Positions 8,874-21,343 of a stretch of 64,000 nt of DNA are shown in pieces (positions within the stretch are counted from its first letter, which is position 1; each line of letters begins with the position of its first letter). Below the pieces are notes generated by a model. That model saw only the letters and a program-made list of their open reading frames with translations. It ran no database searches and had not been told where the DNA came from. This DNA is from Escherichia coli (GTDB lineage: Bacteria > Pseudomonadota > Gammaproteobacteria > Enterobacterales > Enterobacteriaceae). The stretch is from the NCBI RefSeq assembly GCF_002854065.1, contig NZ_CP024147.1; one strand, given 5' to 3'. Made by a program: the position numbers and the translations under genes.

Positions 8874-10910
8874 ATGGTACCCTCAACATTTTCTCGTTTG
8901 AAAGCCGCGCGTTGTCTGCCTGTTGTTCTGGCAGCCCTGATTTTCGCCGGTTGTGGCACCCATACTCCCGATCAGTCCACTGCTTATATGCAGGGCACGG
9001 CGCAGGCTGATTCTGCCTTTTATCTTCAGCAGATGCAGCAAAGCTCTGATGATACCAGGATCAACTGGCAATTACTCGCCATTCGTGCACTGGTGAAAGA
9101 AGGTAAAACCGGGCAGGCGGTTGAGTTGTTTAACCAACTACCGCAAGAACTGAATGATTCTCAGCGTCGCGAGAAAACACTGCTGGCGGTAGAGATTAAA
9201 CTGGCGCAGAAAGATTTTGCTGGCGCGCAAAACTTGCTGGCGAAAATTACACCCGCCGATTTAGAACAAAACCAGCAAGCCCGTTACTGGCAGGCAAAAA
9301 TCGATGCCAGCCAGGGGCGTCCTTCCATTGATTTACTGCGCGCGTTAATTGCTCAGGAACCGCTGCTTGGCGCGAAAGAAAAACAGCAGAATATTGATGC
9401 CACCTGGCAGGCGCTCTCCTCCATGACTCAGGAGCAGGCGAATACGCTGGTGATCAACGCCGACGAAAATATTCTGCAAGGCTGGCTGGATCTGCAGCGC
9501 GTCTGGTTTGATAACCGTAACGATCCCGACATGATGAAAGCCGGGATCGCCGACTGGCAGAAACGTTATCCGAACAACCCGGGCGCGAAAATGCTGCCAA
9601 CGCAGTTGGTTAACGTAAAAGCGTTTAAACCAGCCTCGACCAACAAAATCGCCCTGCTGTTGCCACTGAATGGCCAGGCAGCGGTATTTGGTCGCACTAT
9701 TCAGCAAGGCTTTGAAGCGGCGAAAAATATCGGCACTCAGCCAGTGGCAGCTCAGGTAGCTGCCGCACCTGCCGCAGACGTAGCAGAACAACCTCAACCG
9801 CAAACCGTGGATGGCGTTGCCAGCCCGGCACAAGCCTCGGTTAGCGATCTGACCGGTGAACAGCCTGCAGCCCAGCCGGTGCCTGTAAGCGCCCCGGCGA
9901 CAAGCACCGCAGCGGTAAGCGCACCCGCAAATCCATCCGCAGAGCTGAAAATCTACGATACCTCATCACAACCACTTAGCCAGATCTTAAGCCAGGTTCA
10001 GCAGGATGGCGCGAGTATTGTGGTCGGTCCGTTGCTGAAAAATAACGTTGAAGAGTTGCTGAAGAGCAACACTCCGCTGAACGTACTGGCACTGAACCAG
10101 CCGGAGAATATCGAAAATCGCGTCAATATTTGTTACTTCGCGCTTTCACCGGAAGACGAAGCGCGCGATGCAGCGCGTCATATTCGTGACCAGGGTAAAC
10201 AAGCGCCGCTGGTGCTGATCCCACGCAGTTCATTGGGCGATCGCGTAGCCAATGCGTTTGCGCAAGAGTGGCAGAAACTGGGCGGCGGCACCGTTCTGCA
10301 ACAAAAATTTGGTTCCACCAGCGAATTACGCGCGGGTGTTAACGGCGGTTCTGGTATCGCTTTAACGGGTACCCCGATTACTCTCAGAGCGACAACCGAC
10401 TCCGGCATGACGACCAACAATCCAACGCTGCAAACCACGCCAACCGATGACCAGTTCACCAATAATGGCGGTCGTGTCGATGCGGTGTACATTGTGGCAA
10501 CGCCGGGTGAAATCGCTTTTATCAAACCGATGATCGCCATGCGTAACGGTAGCCAGAGCGGTGCAACGCTGTACGCCAGCTCCCGCAGTGCGCAAGGGAC
10601 CGCTGGCCCGGATTTCCGACTGGAGATGGAAGGCTTGCAGTACAGCGAAATCCCGATGCTGGCAGGCGGTAATCTGCCGTTAATGCAGCAGGCGCTCAGC
10701 GCGGTGAACAACGATTATTCGCTGGCTCGCATGTATGCGATGGGCGTTGATGCCTGGTCGTTGGCAAATCATTTCTCACAAATGCGCCAGGTTCAGGGTT
10801 TTGAAATCAACGGTAATACCGGAAGCCTGACGGCTAACCCGGATTGCGTGATTAACAGGAAGTTATCATGGCTACAGTACCAACAAGGTCAGGTAGTCCC
10901 CGCCAGTTAA
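8874..10910 (+). CDS. lpoA: penicillin-binding protein 1A activator lipoprotein LpoA
   Basis: ATG at 8874 gives 678 aa with lipoprotein signal ...LIFAGCG; matches LpoA (YraM). Confidence 0.92.
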   Translation: MVPSTFSRLKAARCLPVVLAALIFAGCGTHTPDQSTAYMQGTAQADSAFYLQQMQQSSDDTRINWQLLAIRALVKEGKTGQAVELFNQLPQELNDSQRREKTLLAVEIKLAQKDFAGAQNLLAKITPADLEQNQQARYWQAKIDASQGRPSIDLLRALIAQEPLLGAKEKQQNIDATWQALSSMTQEQANTLVINADENILQGWLDLQRVWFDNRNDPDMMKAGIADWQKRYPNNPGAKMLPTQLVNVKAFKPASTNKIALLLPLNGQAAVFGRTIQQGFEAAKNIGTQPVAAQVAAAPAADVAEQPQPQTVDGVASPAQASVSDLTGEQPAAQPVPVSAPATSTAAVSAPANPSAELKIYDTSSQPLSQILSQVQQDGASIVVGPLLKNNVEELLKSNTPLNVLALNQPENIENRVNICYFALSPEDEARDAARHIRDQGKQAPLVLIPRSSLGDRVANAFAQEWQKLGGGTVLQQKFGSTSELRAGVNGGSGIALTGTPITLRATTDSGMTTNNPTLQTTPTDDQFTNNGGRVDAVYIVATPGEIAFIKPMIAMRNGSQSGATLYASSRSAQGTAGPDFRLEMEGLQYSEIPMLAGGNLPLMQQALSAVNNDYSLARMYAMGVDAWSLANHFSQMRQVQGFEINGNTGSLTANPDCVINRKLSWLQYQQGQVVPAS

Positions 10911-11263
10911 CCACCAAACAGACCGGCGATGCGTGGGAAGTACAAGCGCGTCGCTGGCTGGAAGGCAAAGGACTGCGATTTGTCGCCGCTAACGTGAACG
11001 AGCGTGGCGGCGAGATCGATCTGATAATGCGTGAAGGCCGGACCACCGTTTTTGTCGAGGTGCGTTACCGCCGTTCTGCGCTTTATGGCGGCGCGGCAGC
11101 CAGTGTGACCTGCAGCAAACAACACAAATTATTACAGACTGCCCGCTTGTGGCTCGCGCGTCATAATGGGAGTTTTGATACTGTGGATTGCCGGTTCGAT
11201 GTGGTAGCCTTCACCGGGAATGAGGTTGAGTGGATTAAGGATGCCTTTAATGACCACTCATAA
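10868..11263 (+). CDS. yraN: UPF0102 family protein YraN
   Basis: ORF 131 aa overlapping lpoA 3' end as in E. coli. Confidence 0.9.
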   Translation: MATVPTRSGSPRQLTTKQTGDAWEVQARRWLEGKGLRFVAANVNERGGEIDLIMREGRTTVFVEVRYRRSALYGGAAASVTCSKQHKLLQTARLWLARHNGSFDTVDCRFDVVAFTGNEVEWIKDAFNDHS

Positions 11264-11282
11264 TTAAGGTTTAAGGATTAGC

Positions 11283-11873
11283 GTGCAAGAAAGAATTAAA
11301 GCTTGCTTCACTGAAAGCATTCAAACTCAAATTGCGGCGGCAGAGGCGCTTCCGGATGCCATCTCCCGTGCGGCCATGACGCTGGTTCAGTCTCTGCTCA
11401 ATGGCAACAAAATCCTCTGTTGTGGTAATGGAACTTCCGCTGCCAATGCACAGCATTTTGCTGCCAGCATGATCAACCGTTTCGAAACGGAGCGGCCCAG
11501 CTTACCTGCCATTGCACTAAATACTGATAATGTTGTCTTAACGGCGATTGCCAACGATCGCTTACATGATGAAGTGTATGCAAAACAGGTGCGGGCGCTG
11601 GGTCATGCGGGAGATGTATTGTTAGCCATTTCCACCCGTGGCAACAGCCGCGATATTGTAAAAGCGGTAGAAGCTGCCGTTACGCGTGATATGACCATTG
11701 TGGCATTAACCGGCTATGACGGCGGTGAACTTGCAGGTTTGTTAGGGCCACAGGATGTGGAAATCCGCATTCCTTCGCATCGTAGTGCTCGCATTCAGGA
11801 AATGCATATGCTGACGGTAAATTGCCTGTGCGATCTGATCGATAACACGCTTTTCCCTCACCAGGATGATTAA
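11283..11873 (+). CDS. diaA: DnaA initiator-associating protein DiaA (SIS domain)
   Basis: GTG start, 196 aa, SIS-domain sequence matching DiaA. Confidence 0.92.
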
Positions 11874-11882
11874 GGAGAATAC

Positions 11883-12458
11883 ATGAAGGCATTATCGCCA
11901 ATCGCAGTCCTTATTTCCGCGCTGCTGTTGCAAGGTTGTGTTGCCGCTGCCGTAGTGGGTACTGCTGCTGTGGGTACCAAAGCCGCAACTGACCCACGCA
12001 GTGTCGGCACCCAGGTGGACGATGGTACCCTGGAAGTGCGCGTGAACAGCGCATTGTCGAAAGACGAACAGATTAAGAAAGAAGCGCGTATTAATGTAAC
12101 GGCCTATCAGGGCAAAGTGCTGCTGGTTGGGCAGTCACCAAACGCTGAACTTTCGGCTCGCGCCAAACAGATTGCTATGGGCGTAGACGGTGCCAACGAA
12201 GTGTATAACGAGATTCGTCAGGGCCAGCCGATTGGTCTGGGCGAAGCGTCTAACGATACGTGGATCACCACCAAAGTGCGTTCGCAGCTCTTAACCAGCG
12301 ACCTGGTGAAATCGTCCAACGTGAAAGTGACCACCGAAAACGGTGAAGTGTTCCTGATGGGGCTGGTGACTGAACGTGAAGCGAAAGCGGCGGCAGATAT
12401 TGCCAGCCGGGTGAGCGGCGTGAAGCGAGTAACTACGGCGTTTACGTTTATTAAATAG
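11883..12458 (+). CDS. dolP: outer-membrane lipoprotein DolP (YraP), dual BON domain
   Basis: ORF 191 aa with lipobox LLLQGC; matches YraP/DolP. Confidence 0.92.
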   Translation: MKALSPIAVLISALLLQGCVAAAVVGTAAVGTKAATDPRSVGTQVDDGTLEVRVNSALSKDEQIKKEARINVTAYQGKVLLVGQSPNAELSARAKQIAMGVDGANEVYNEIRQGQPIGLGEASNDTWITTKVRSQLLTSDLVKSSNVKVTTENGEVFLMGLVTEREAKAAADIASRVSGVKRVTTAFTFIK

Positions 12459-12472
12459 CAGCCCCTTGTAAT

Positions 12473-12556
12473 GCCTGATGCGACGCTTGCCGCGTCTTAT
12501 CAGGCCTACAACGATGCAAACCGTAGGTCGGATAAGGCGTTTACGCCGCATCCGAC
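12473..12556. repeat. REP/BIME palindromic units
   Basis: gcctgatgcgacgcttgccgcgtcttatcaggcctac and gtaggtcggataaggcgtttacgccgcatccgac. Confidence 0.7.
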
Positions 12557-12571
12557 ATGTTTTCCCTCAAA

Positions 12572-13612
12572 TCAGAATAACAGCGCCAGCCCGCCGACAA
12601 TCACGCCTGACACTGCCACCATCGCTCCCGTCAGCCATAAGGCTTTCGCCGGGAACGCTTTGCGCAGCATAATCAGTGACGGCAAACTCACCGCCGGGAG
12701 CGTCATCAACAATGCCAGCGCCGGAGCAGTTCCCATACCTGCCAGCATCATCGTTTGTACAATCGGAATTTCTGCTGCCGTGGGAATGACAAAAAAGCAT
12801 CCTGCTACCGCCATCGCCACCACCCACATCAGGCTGTTATCGACAGCACCATCGGCATGGGGGAATAACCAGACGCGAGCGGCACCCAACACCAGTACTG
12901 CAAGGATGTAAACCGGGATCGTACTCCAGAAAAGCGTCCATAGCGCCCTGCCCCAGCGGCTAAAAAAACCGCCCTGTGCTTCCGGTATGTCAATTTCGAC
13001 CGGTGCCTGCGTTTGCGGTGTTTCACGCACCCATTTTTGCACCAGCGTCGCAATCAGCAACACCATCACCAGCCCGGCCACCAGACGAATCGCCGCAAAA
13101 CCCCAGCCGAGGACAAACCCCATAAACACCAGCGTCGCCGGGTTTAACACCGGATTGCCCATCCAGAATGCCAGCGCACCGCCCATCGACACCTGTTGGC
13201 GACGCATTCCCGCCGCGACCGGAGCCGCACAGCAGGTACACATCATGCCCGGCAGCGAAAACAGCGTTCCCAGCAGCGTGCCGCGAAAGCGCGATTGCCC
13301 AAGCGTACGCAACAACCAGTCACGCGGGATCAGCACCTGAATCAACGAACCGAGGATCACCCCCAGCACCGCCGCTTTCCATACCGCGAGGAAATAGATC
13401 ATCGCGTAATCCAACGCCGCCTGCCATGGATTAGCATCCGCCTGCGCAAGGATAGATTTACCGATACTGTGGGTTTCGGCAGCAGTAAACGCTTTGCCGT
13501 AGTAAGGTTGCCATTTCACATACCAGAGACCGGCAATGACAACGAGAAAGAAAAGCGCGGGTTTCCACCACTGAATGGGCGTTGCCGCCTGAGATGAAGA
13601 CTGACCAGTCAT
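12572..13612 (-). CDS. yraQ: permease family inner membrane protein YraQ
   Basis: ORF 346 aa, polytopic membrane protein matching YraQ. Confidence 0.9.
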   Translation of the reverse strand: MTGQSSSQAATPIQWWKPALFFLVVIAGLWYVKWQPYYGKAFTAAETHSIGKSILAQADANPWQAALDYAMIYFLAVWKAAVLGVILGSLIQVLIPRDWLLRTLGQSRFRGTLLGTLFSLPGMMCTCCAAPVAAGMRRQQVSMGGALAFWMGNPVLNPATLVFMGFVLGWGFAAIRLVAGLVMVLLIATLVQKWVRETPQTQAPVEIDIPEAQGGFFSRWGRALWTLFWSTIPVYILAVLVLGAARVWLFPHADGAVDNSLMWVVAMAVAGCFFVIPTAAEIPIVQTMMLAGMGTAPALALLMTLPAVSLPSLIMLRKAFPAKALWLTGAMVAVSGVIVGGLALLF

Positions 13613-13684
13613 AGCATTCCCCAGGAATAAGTTATGATAATTGAGCGCGTGAATATTACGCTCACTATCAATCCTTGGGAATAA

Positions 13685-14945
<1,261 letters not shown>

Positions 14946-14966
<21 letters not shown>

Positions 14967-15389
14967 GTCGCGTAGCCAAATCATTTTTTTACCAAAGCCC
15001 AGCGTGTTGTCGGTGAATTTGATTTCATCGAGCCGGATTTCCCACACCGGGGCCGACAGCATTCTGGCAACCGGAAAGCGACGATTGTACGCCTTGCGCG
15101 CGAGGTCGCTTTCCTCACCTTCCAGCCTGCGGATCTCACCTTTAAACTGCACGCCGCGAATTAACGCTACCGTTTTCGGCTGACCGTTTACCGTTCCGGC
15201 AACCGCAGCCTGCGGCCCACTCATCTGCGCGTGGCGCGTTTTTTCTTCCGTCAAAATGTAGAAGGCGACTTTCTGCACATCAAACAGATAAAAGGCATTG
15301 GCGCACCAGAGTTCCCCTTCCTGCTGCACACACCAGGTGACAACATGTTGTTTTGCCAGCCAACGGCTGATGGCGGTGAGTGTTTCCAT
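14946..15389 (-). CDS. yhbP: UPF0306 protein YhbP
   Basis: ORF 147 aa matching YhbP. Confidence 0.9.
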
Positions 15390-15439
15390 TGCTGTTCTCT
15401 TTTATACTGTGGGCCTGACCTTAACATGCGACGCAGACG

Positions 15440-15742
15440 ATGACACCCTGGTTTCTTTACTTGATCCGTACCGCCGACAATAAGCTTTATACCGGGATCA
15501 CCACGGATGTCGAACGCCGCTATCAGCAGCACCAAAGCGGCAAAGGGGCGAAAGCACTGCGCGGGAAAGGAGAACTGACGCTGGCGTTTTCTGCGCCAGT
15601 GGGCGATCGTTCGCTGGCGTTACGGGCGGAATATCGCGTTAAGCAACTGACCAAACTGCAAAAAGAGCGTCTGGTAGCGGAAGGCGCAGGGTTTGCAGAG
15701 CTGTTAAGCAGTCTGCAAACCCCGGAGATTAAAAGCGATTGA
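15440..15742 (+). CDS. yhbQ: GIY-YIG nuclease superfamily protein YhbQ
   Basis: ORF 100 aa (…[22 protein letters not shown]…) GIY-YIG motif. Confidence 0.9.
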   Translation: MTPWFLYLIRTADNKLYTGITTDVERRYQQHQSGKGAKALRGKGELTLAFSAPVGDRSLALRAEYRVKQLTKLQKERLVAEGAGFAELLSSLQTPEIKSD

Positions 15743-16232
15743 AATGCTCGTGATACTCAACCAGACCGGTTACGCCATTCAGCGCGTCATCCGCTAAACG
15801 ATGTACCTGGAAGGCGTTTTCAGTGCCCGGCCAGCGGCAACGCAGATCGTGATGCGCCGCCAGTTCAAAGCCGAAACGACTGTACAGCGCCGGATCGCCC
15901 AGCGTCACCACTGCGGCATAGCCGAACTCATTAAGCGAATCGAGTCCTTCATAGACCAGTTGGCGTGCCAGCCCCTGTCCACGGTATTTTTCATCTACCG
16001 CCAGCGGTGCCATGCCGACCCATTGCAGGTCTTCGCCCTGCACATCAACCGGGCTAAATGCCACATAGCCAATGACCTGACCTTCGTCATCTGTCGCCAC
16101 CAGCCCCAGCGTCAGAAAGCCATCTTCACGCAGATCGTGAACCAGCTTCGCTTCCGCATCACTTTCGAATGAACGACGCAGCAGGGCATCAATACCCGGG
16201 GCATCAATGGGAATTTCTACTCGAATTAGCAT
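15729..16232 (-). CDS. yhbS: GNAT family N-acetyltransferase YhbS
   Basis: ORF 167 aa with GNAT motif ...[10 protein letters not shown]... Confidence 0.9.
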   Translation of the reverse strand: MLIRVEIPIDAPGIDALLRRSFESDAEAKLVHDLREDGFLTLGLVATDDEGQVIGYVAFSPVDVQGEDLQWVGMAPLAVDEKYRGQGLARQLVYEGLDSLNEFGYAAVVTLGDPALYSRFGFELAAHHDLRCRWPGTENAFQVHRLADDALNGVTGLVEYHEHFNRF

Positions 16233-16750
16233 GGTTCACCTACCGATGTCTGTTTGGTTTCAGGCGCGGTTTTCATTCCCGCCTCAACAAAATCCGCCAG
16301 TTGCAGCAGCATCATGCGTAAGGCTTTCGGCATTTGCTCCAGTTCAATGGCGTCCATCAGGTTTTTCACATACAGCCCCAGCTCCGTATCGCCTTCAATC
16401 ACCAGCCGACGCTGGAAGAAGAGCGTATCCGGATCCTGTTTACGCGCCGCAATCATCAGCAGATCGCTGGCGTCGGCACTAAAACTCACATCAGCTTGCG
16501 CGTTCTGGCTGACCACCAGTTTGCCATTCACCACCGAGGTAAACCATTGCAGGTCAATATCACGCACATGAATACTTAACCAGCGGCCTTCAAGAAACTC
16601 CAGCTCGCCATCATCCAGCGCCTGACGGAATTGCCAGCTTAAGACCTGCTCAAGAACCTGGCGTTTTAGCGCAAATGGCGTCAGTTTTACCGGTACACTC
16701 AACAGAGATGGCCCCAAATGCACAATACGGGAACGCAGTTTATCCAACAC
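16226..16750 (-). CDS. ubiT: SCP2-domain ubiquinone biosynthesis accessory factor UbiT (YhbT)
   Basis: ORF-track 16226..16774 trimmed to GTG at 16750 to give the 174-aa YhbT length; start uncertain. Confidence 0.85.
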   Translation of the reverse strand: MLDKLRSRIVHLGPSLLSVPVKLTPFALKRQVLEQVLSWQFRQALDDGELEFLEGRWLSIHVRDIDLQWFTSVVNGKLVVSQNAQADVSFSADASDLLMIAARKQDPDTLFFQRRLVIEGDTELGLYVKNLMDAIELEQMPKALRMMLLQLADFVEAGMKTAPETKQTSVGEPC

Positions 16751-16958
16751 GAGTTTTACTCCCTGTTTCAACAATCATCCTATTTTGCCATATCAGAAAA
16801 ATAACATAGCGGTATAAATCAACAATTCCATATGAAATTGCTGCTACCACCAATACAACTTTAACTGCCTTAAATCAAAAATTGTCGCAGCAAGGTTAAC
16901 TAAAATCCCAGTTCGTTAACATTTTTGCGTTTTGATAGCGCAACCTTCAGGAAAAATT

Positions 16959-17954
16959 ATGGAGCTGCTCTGCCCTGCCGGAAATCTCCCGGCGCTTAAG
17001 GCGGCCATCGAAAACGGCGCAGATGCTGTTTATATCGGGCTAAAAGATGATACCAATGCCCGTCACTTCGCCGGCCTTAACTTTACCGAGAAAAAATTGC
17101 AGGAAGCGGTGAGTTTTGTCCATCAACATCGCCGCAAACTTCACATCGCGATTAACACTTTTGCGCATCCGGACGGTTACGCCCGCTGGCAGCGCGCCGT
17201 GGATATGGCGGCGCAGCTGGGTGCCGACGCGCTGATCCTCGCCGACCTCGCCATGCTAGAGTACGCCGCCGAGCGTTACCCGCATATTGAGCGTCATGTG
17301 TCAGTGCAGGCTTCGGCGACCAATGAAGAGGCGATTAACTTTTATCATCGCCATTTTGACGTTGCTCGCGTGGTGCTGCCGCGCGTGTTGTCGATTCATC
17401 AGGTGAAACAACTGGCACGGGTCACACCTGTACCACTGGAAGTCTTTGCTTTCGGCAGCCTGTGCATTATGTCGGAAGGTCGTTGCTATCTGTCGTCGTA
17501 TCTGACGGGTGAGTCGCCCAACACCGTAGGCGCGTGTTCTCCGGCCCGTTTCGTGCGCTGGCAACAAACGCCGCAGGGGCTGGAATCCCGCCTGAACGAA
17601 GTGCTGATCGACCGTTATCAGGACGGCGAAAACGCAGGTTATCCGACGTTGTGTAAAGGGCGTTATCTGGTGGACGGCGAGCGCTATCACGCGCTGGAAG
17701 AACCAACCAGTCTCAATACCCTGGAACTGCTGCCGGAGTTAATGGCGGCGAATATCGCTTCGGTGAAAATTGAAGGCCGCCAGCGTAGCCCGGCGTATGT
17801 CAGCCAGGTGGCGAAAGTCTGGCGTCAGGCTATCGACCGTTGTAAGGCCGATCCGCAAAACTTCGTACCGCAAAGCGCGTGGATGGAGACGCTCGGGTCG
17901 ATGTCCGAAGGCACGCAAACCACCCTTGGCGCGTATCACCGTAAATGGCAGTGA
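16959..17954 (+). CDS. ubiU: U32-family protein UbiU (YhbU), O2-independent ubiquinone hydroxylation
   Basis: ATG at 16959 (MELLCPAGNL...), 331 aa, peptidase U32 family sequence. Confidence 0.9.
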   Translation: MELLCPAGNLPALKAAIENGADAVYIGLKDDTNARHFAGLNFTEKKLQEAVSFVHQHRRKLHIAINTFAHPDGYARWQRAVDMAAQLGADALILADLAMLEYAAERYPHIERHVSVQASATNEEAINFYHRHFDVARVVLPRVLSIHQVKQLARVTPVPLEVFAFGSLCIMSEGRCYLSSYLTGESPNTVGACSPARFVRWQQTPQGLESRLNEVLIDRYQDGENAGYPTLCKGRYLVDGERYHALEEPTSLNTLELLPELMAANIASVKIEGRQRSPAYVSQVAKVWRQAIDRCKADPQNFVPQSAWMETLGSMSEGTQTTLGAYHRKWQ

Positions 17955-17962
17955 GAAGAGCA

Positions 17963-18841
17963 ATGAAATATTCCTTAGGGCCAGTGCTGTGGTACTGGCC
18001 AAAAGAGACGCTGGAAGATTTTTATCAGCAGGCCGCCACCAGCAGCGCCGACGTGATTTATCTTGGCGAAGCGGTATGCAGCAAGCGCCGGGCAACCAAA
18101 GTTGGCGACTGGCTGGAGATGGCAAAATCGCTCGCCGGAAGTGGTAAGCAGATAGTGCTCTCCACGCTGGCGCTGGTGCAGGCATCATCTGAACTGGGCG
18201 AACTGAAACGCTATGTTGAGAACGGTGAGTTTCTGATTGAAGCCAGCGATCTCGGCGTGGTGAATATGTGCGCTGAACGCAAACTGCCGTTCGTCGCCGG
18301 ACACGCGCTGAACTGCTATAACGCGGTGACGCTGAAAATATTGCTCAAACAGGGCATGATGCGCTGGTGTATGCCAGTGGAGCTTTCCCGCGACTGGCTG
18401 GTGAATCTGCTTAATCAGTGCGATGAGCTGGGCATTCGTAACCAGTTTGAAGTGGAAGTCCTGAGCTACGGTCATCTGCCGCTGGCCTACTCCGCCCGCT
18501 GCTTTACCGCGCGTTCGGAAGACCGCCCGAAAGATGAGTGTGAAACCTGCTGCATTAAGTATCCGAACGGGCGCAACGTGCTGTCGCAGGAAAACCAACA
18601 AGTGTTTGTACTCAATGGCATTCAGACCATGAGCGGCTACGTTTACAACCTCGGTAACGAGCTGGCATCCATGCAGGGCCTGGTTGATGTGGTCCGCCTG
18701 TCACCGCAGGGTACTGACACTTTCGCGATGCTCGACGCCTTCCGCGCTAATGAAAATGGCGCTGCACCACTGCCGTTGACGGCGAACAGCGACTGTAACG
18801 GCTACTGGCGGCGGCTGGCAGGACTGGAGCTGCAAGCCTAA
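17963..18841 (+). CDS. ubiV: U32-family protein UbiV (YhbV)
   Basis: ATG at 17963 (MKYSLGPVLWYW...), 292 aa. Confidence 0.9.
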   Translation: MKYSLGPVLWYWPKETLEDFYQQAATSSADVIYLGEAVCSKRRATKVGDWLEMAKSLAGSGKQIVLSTLALVQASSELGELKRYVENGEFLIEASDLGVVNMCAERKLPFVAGHALNCYNAVTLKILLKQGMMRWCMPVELSRDWLVNLLNQCDELGIRNQFEVEVLSYGHLPLAYSARCFTARSEDRPKDECETCCIKYPNGRNVLSQENQQVFVLNGIQTMSGYVYNLGNELASMQGLVDVVRLSPQGTDTFAMLDAFRANENGAAPLPLTANSDCNGYWRRLAGLELQA

Positions 18842-18847
18842 GTAAAT

Positions 18848-18918
18848 AGCTCACTTTGTTAACAACTTTAACTACTCTTTAATGCAGTATTAAAGATTAA
18901 TCGGTAACAAAGTGAGCT
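18848..18918. repeat. 71-bp nested inverted repeat (16-bp outer arms with 1 mismatch, 7-bp inner hairpin) in ubiV-yhbW intergenic region
   Basis: agctcactttgttaac (18848-18863) pairs with ggtaacaaagtgagct (18903-18918); inner ctttaat-gcagt-attaaag (18877-18895); ends 3 nt before the yhbW ATG. Confidence 0.6.
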
Positions 18919-18921
18919 GTT

Positions 18922-19929
18922 ATGACTGATAAAACCATTGCGTTTTCGCTACTCGATCTGGCCCCCATTCCCGAAGGTTCTTCAGCGCGAGAAGCATTCT
19001 CCCACTCTCTCGATCTCGCCCGTCTGGCTGAAAAGCGCGGCTATCATCGCTACTGGCTGGCAGAACACCACAATATGACTGGCATTGCCAGTGCTGCCAC
19101 GTCGGTATTGATTGGCTATCTGGCGGCGAATACCACCACGCTGCATCTGGGGTCTGGCGGCGTGATGTTGCCTAACCACTCACCGTTGGTCATTGCAGAA
19201 CAGTTCGGCACGCTCAATACACTCTATCCGGGGCGAATCGATTTGGGGCTGGGTCGTGCTCCGGGTAGTGACCAGCGAACCATGATGGCGCTACGTCGTC
19301 ATATGAGCGGCGATATTGATAATTTCCCCCGCGATGTCGCGGAGCTGGTGGACTGGTTTGACGCCCGCGATCCTAATCCGCATGTGCGCCCGGTACCAGG
19401 CTATGGCGAGAAAATACCGGTGTGGTTGTTAGGCTCCAGCCTTTACAGCGCGCAACTGGCGGCGCAGCTTGGTCTGCCGTTTGCGTTTGCCTCACACTTC
19501 GCGCCGGATATGTTGTTCCAGGCGCTGCATCTTTATCGCAGCAACTTCAAACCGTCGGCACGACTGGAAAAACCATACGCAATGGTGTGCATCAATATTA
19601 TCGCTGCCGACAGCAACCGCGACGCTGAATTTCTGTTTACCTCAATGCAGCAAGCCTTTGTGAAGCTGCGCCGTGGCGAAACCGGGCAACTGCCGCCGCC
19701 GATTCAAAATATGGATCAGTTCTGGTCACCGTCTGAGCAGTATGGCGTGCAACAGGCGCTGAGTATGTCGCTGGTGGGCGATAAAGCGAAAGTGCGTCAT
19801 GGTTTGCAGTCGATCCTGCGCGAAACCGACGCCGATGAGATTATGGTTAACGGGCAGATTTTCGACCACCAGGCGCGCCTGCATTCGTTTGAGCTGGCGA
19901 TGGATGTTAAGGAAGAGTTGTTGGGATAG
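18922..19929 (+). CDS. yhbW: luciferase-like (LLM class) flavin-dependent monooxygenase YhbW
   Basis: ORF 335 aa matching YhbW. Confidence 0.9.
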   Translation: MTDKTIAFSLLDLAPIPEGSSAREAFSHSLDLARLAEKRGYHRYWLAEHHNMTGIASAATSVLIGYLAANTTTLHLGSGGVMLPNHSPLVIAEQFGTLNTLYPGRIDLGLGRAPGSDQRTMMALRRHMSGDIDNFPRDVAELVDWFDARDPNPHVRPVPGYGEKIPVWLLGSSLYSAQLAAQLGLPFAFASHFAPDMLFQALHLYRSNFKPSARLEKPYAMVCINIIAADSNRDAEFLFTSMQQAFVKLRRGETGQLPPPIQNMDQFWSPSEQYGVQQALSMSLVGDKAKVRHGLQSILRETDADEIMVNGQIFDHQARLHSFELAMDVKEELLG

Positions 19930-19939
19930 TGTGTCTTAA

Positions 19940-20045
19940 CGCGGGAAGCCTTATCCGAGCTGGCAACGCTATCCTACGTAGGCCTGATAAGCGAAGCGCA
20001 TCAGGCATTGTGTAGGCAGCAGAAATGTCGGATAAGGCCCGCTGA
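19940..20045. repeat. REP/BIME palindromic units between convergent yhbW and mtr
   Basis: ccttatccgagctggcaacgctatcctacgtaggcctgataagcgaagcgcatcaggca ... gtcggataaggcccgctg. Confidence 0.7.
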
Positions 20046-21290
20046 TTACTGATACACCGGCAGCAAATTAAAGCTCGATAAGATATGGACCAGTGCGTTG
20101 CCGACGCCAAACACCAGAATCAGCGCAATCATCGGCTTGCCACCCCAGACGCGGAATTTCGGGCTGCCAAAGCGTTTACGCGATGCACGGGCTAACAGCG
20201 CCGGAACAATTGCCGCCCAGATGGTAGCCGCTAAACCAGCATAACCAATGGCGTACAGGAATCCGTTCGGGAACAACAGCCCCCCCACAACTGGCGGGGC
20301 AAAGGTCAGCAATGCCGTTTTAAAGCGGCCCACAGCCGAGTCGTCGAAACCAAACAGATCTGCCAGATAGTCAAACAAACCCAGCGTTACGCCGAGGAAC
20401 GAACTCGCTACCGCAAAGTTTGAGAACACGACCAGCAGCAGATCCAGACTACGGCTGTTCAGTACGCCGCTTAACGCCTGTACCAGCACATCAATATTAC
20501 CGCCCTTCTCTGCAATACCGATAAACTCCGGACGCGGGATGTTACCCATCGTCGCCAGCAACCAGATGGTATACAGCGCCAGCGCCATCAGCGTACCGTA
20601 CACCAGGCATTTCACGATGGTTTTCGGATCTTTGCCGTAATACTTCATCAGGCTTGGCACGTTACCGTGATAACCAAACGATGCCAGACAGAACGGCAGG
20701 GTCATCAACAGATACGGTGCATAAGACGCATTGCTTTCGGCGACGTTGAACAATGTCGCAGGCTGCACATGTCCCAGCAGGCTACCAAAGGTGAGGAAGA
20801 AGGTAATGACTTTCGCCCCCAGCACAATCGCTGTCATGCGACTGACGGCTTTAGTGCTCAACCACACCACAAACGCTACCAGCAATGCAAAACCAAAACC
20901 CGCCGCCCGTGCCGGGACGTTTAGTGACATCTCTGCGAAGGTGTGATGCAGAATCGAACCACTGGCAGAAATATAGGCATAGGTCAGGATATAGAGCACA
21001 AAGGCAATGGAAATGCCGTTGACCACGTTCCAGCCTTTGCCCAGCAAATCTTTGGTGATGGTGTCAAAACTCGAACCGATTCTGTAATTCAGGTTAGCTT
21101 CCAGAATCATCAAGCCGGAATGCAGCATACAGAACCAGGTAAAGATCAGCGCCGCCATTGACCAGAAAAACCACGCCCCGGACATGACCACTGGCAGAGA
21201 AAACATCCCTGCGCCAATAATGGTGCCGCCGATAATCACCACGCCGCCAAGCAGCGACGGTGACGTTTGGGTGGTGGTTAGTGTTGCCAT
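20046..21290 (-). CDS. mtr: tryptophan-specific permease
   Basis: ORF 414 aa, aromatic amino acid permease family matching Mtr. Confidence 0.93.
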   Translation of the reverse strand: MATLTTTQTSPSLLGGVVIIGGTIIGAGMFSLPVVMSGAWFFWSMAALIFTWFCMLHSGLMILEANLNYRIGSSFDTITKDLLGKGWNVVNGISIAFVLYILTYAYISASGSILHHTFAEMSLNVPARAAGFGFALLVAFVVWLSTKAVSRMTAIVLGAKVITFFLTFGSLLGHVQPATLFNVAESNASYAPYLLMTLPFCLASFGYHGNVPSLMKYYGKDPKTIVKCLVYGTLMALALYTIWLLATMGNIPRPEFIGIAEKGGNIDVLVQALSGVLNSRSLDLLLVVFSNFAVASSFLGVTLGLFDYLADLFGFDDSAVGRFKTALLTFAPPVVGGLLFPNGFLYAIGYAGLAATIWAAIVPALLARASRKRFGSPKFRVWGGKPMIALILVFGVGNALVHILSSFNLLPVYQ

Positions 21291-21343
21291 GAGGGCTTCT
21301 CTCCAGTGAAAAATAGTGCGACTGCGTTGTTATGTATTGCACT

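Noticed and set aside
12471-12911. 146-aa plus-strand ORF starting in the REP cluster
   Set aside because: Overlaps REP repeats and runs antisense to yraQ; composition typical of a non-coding frame
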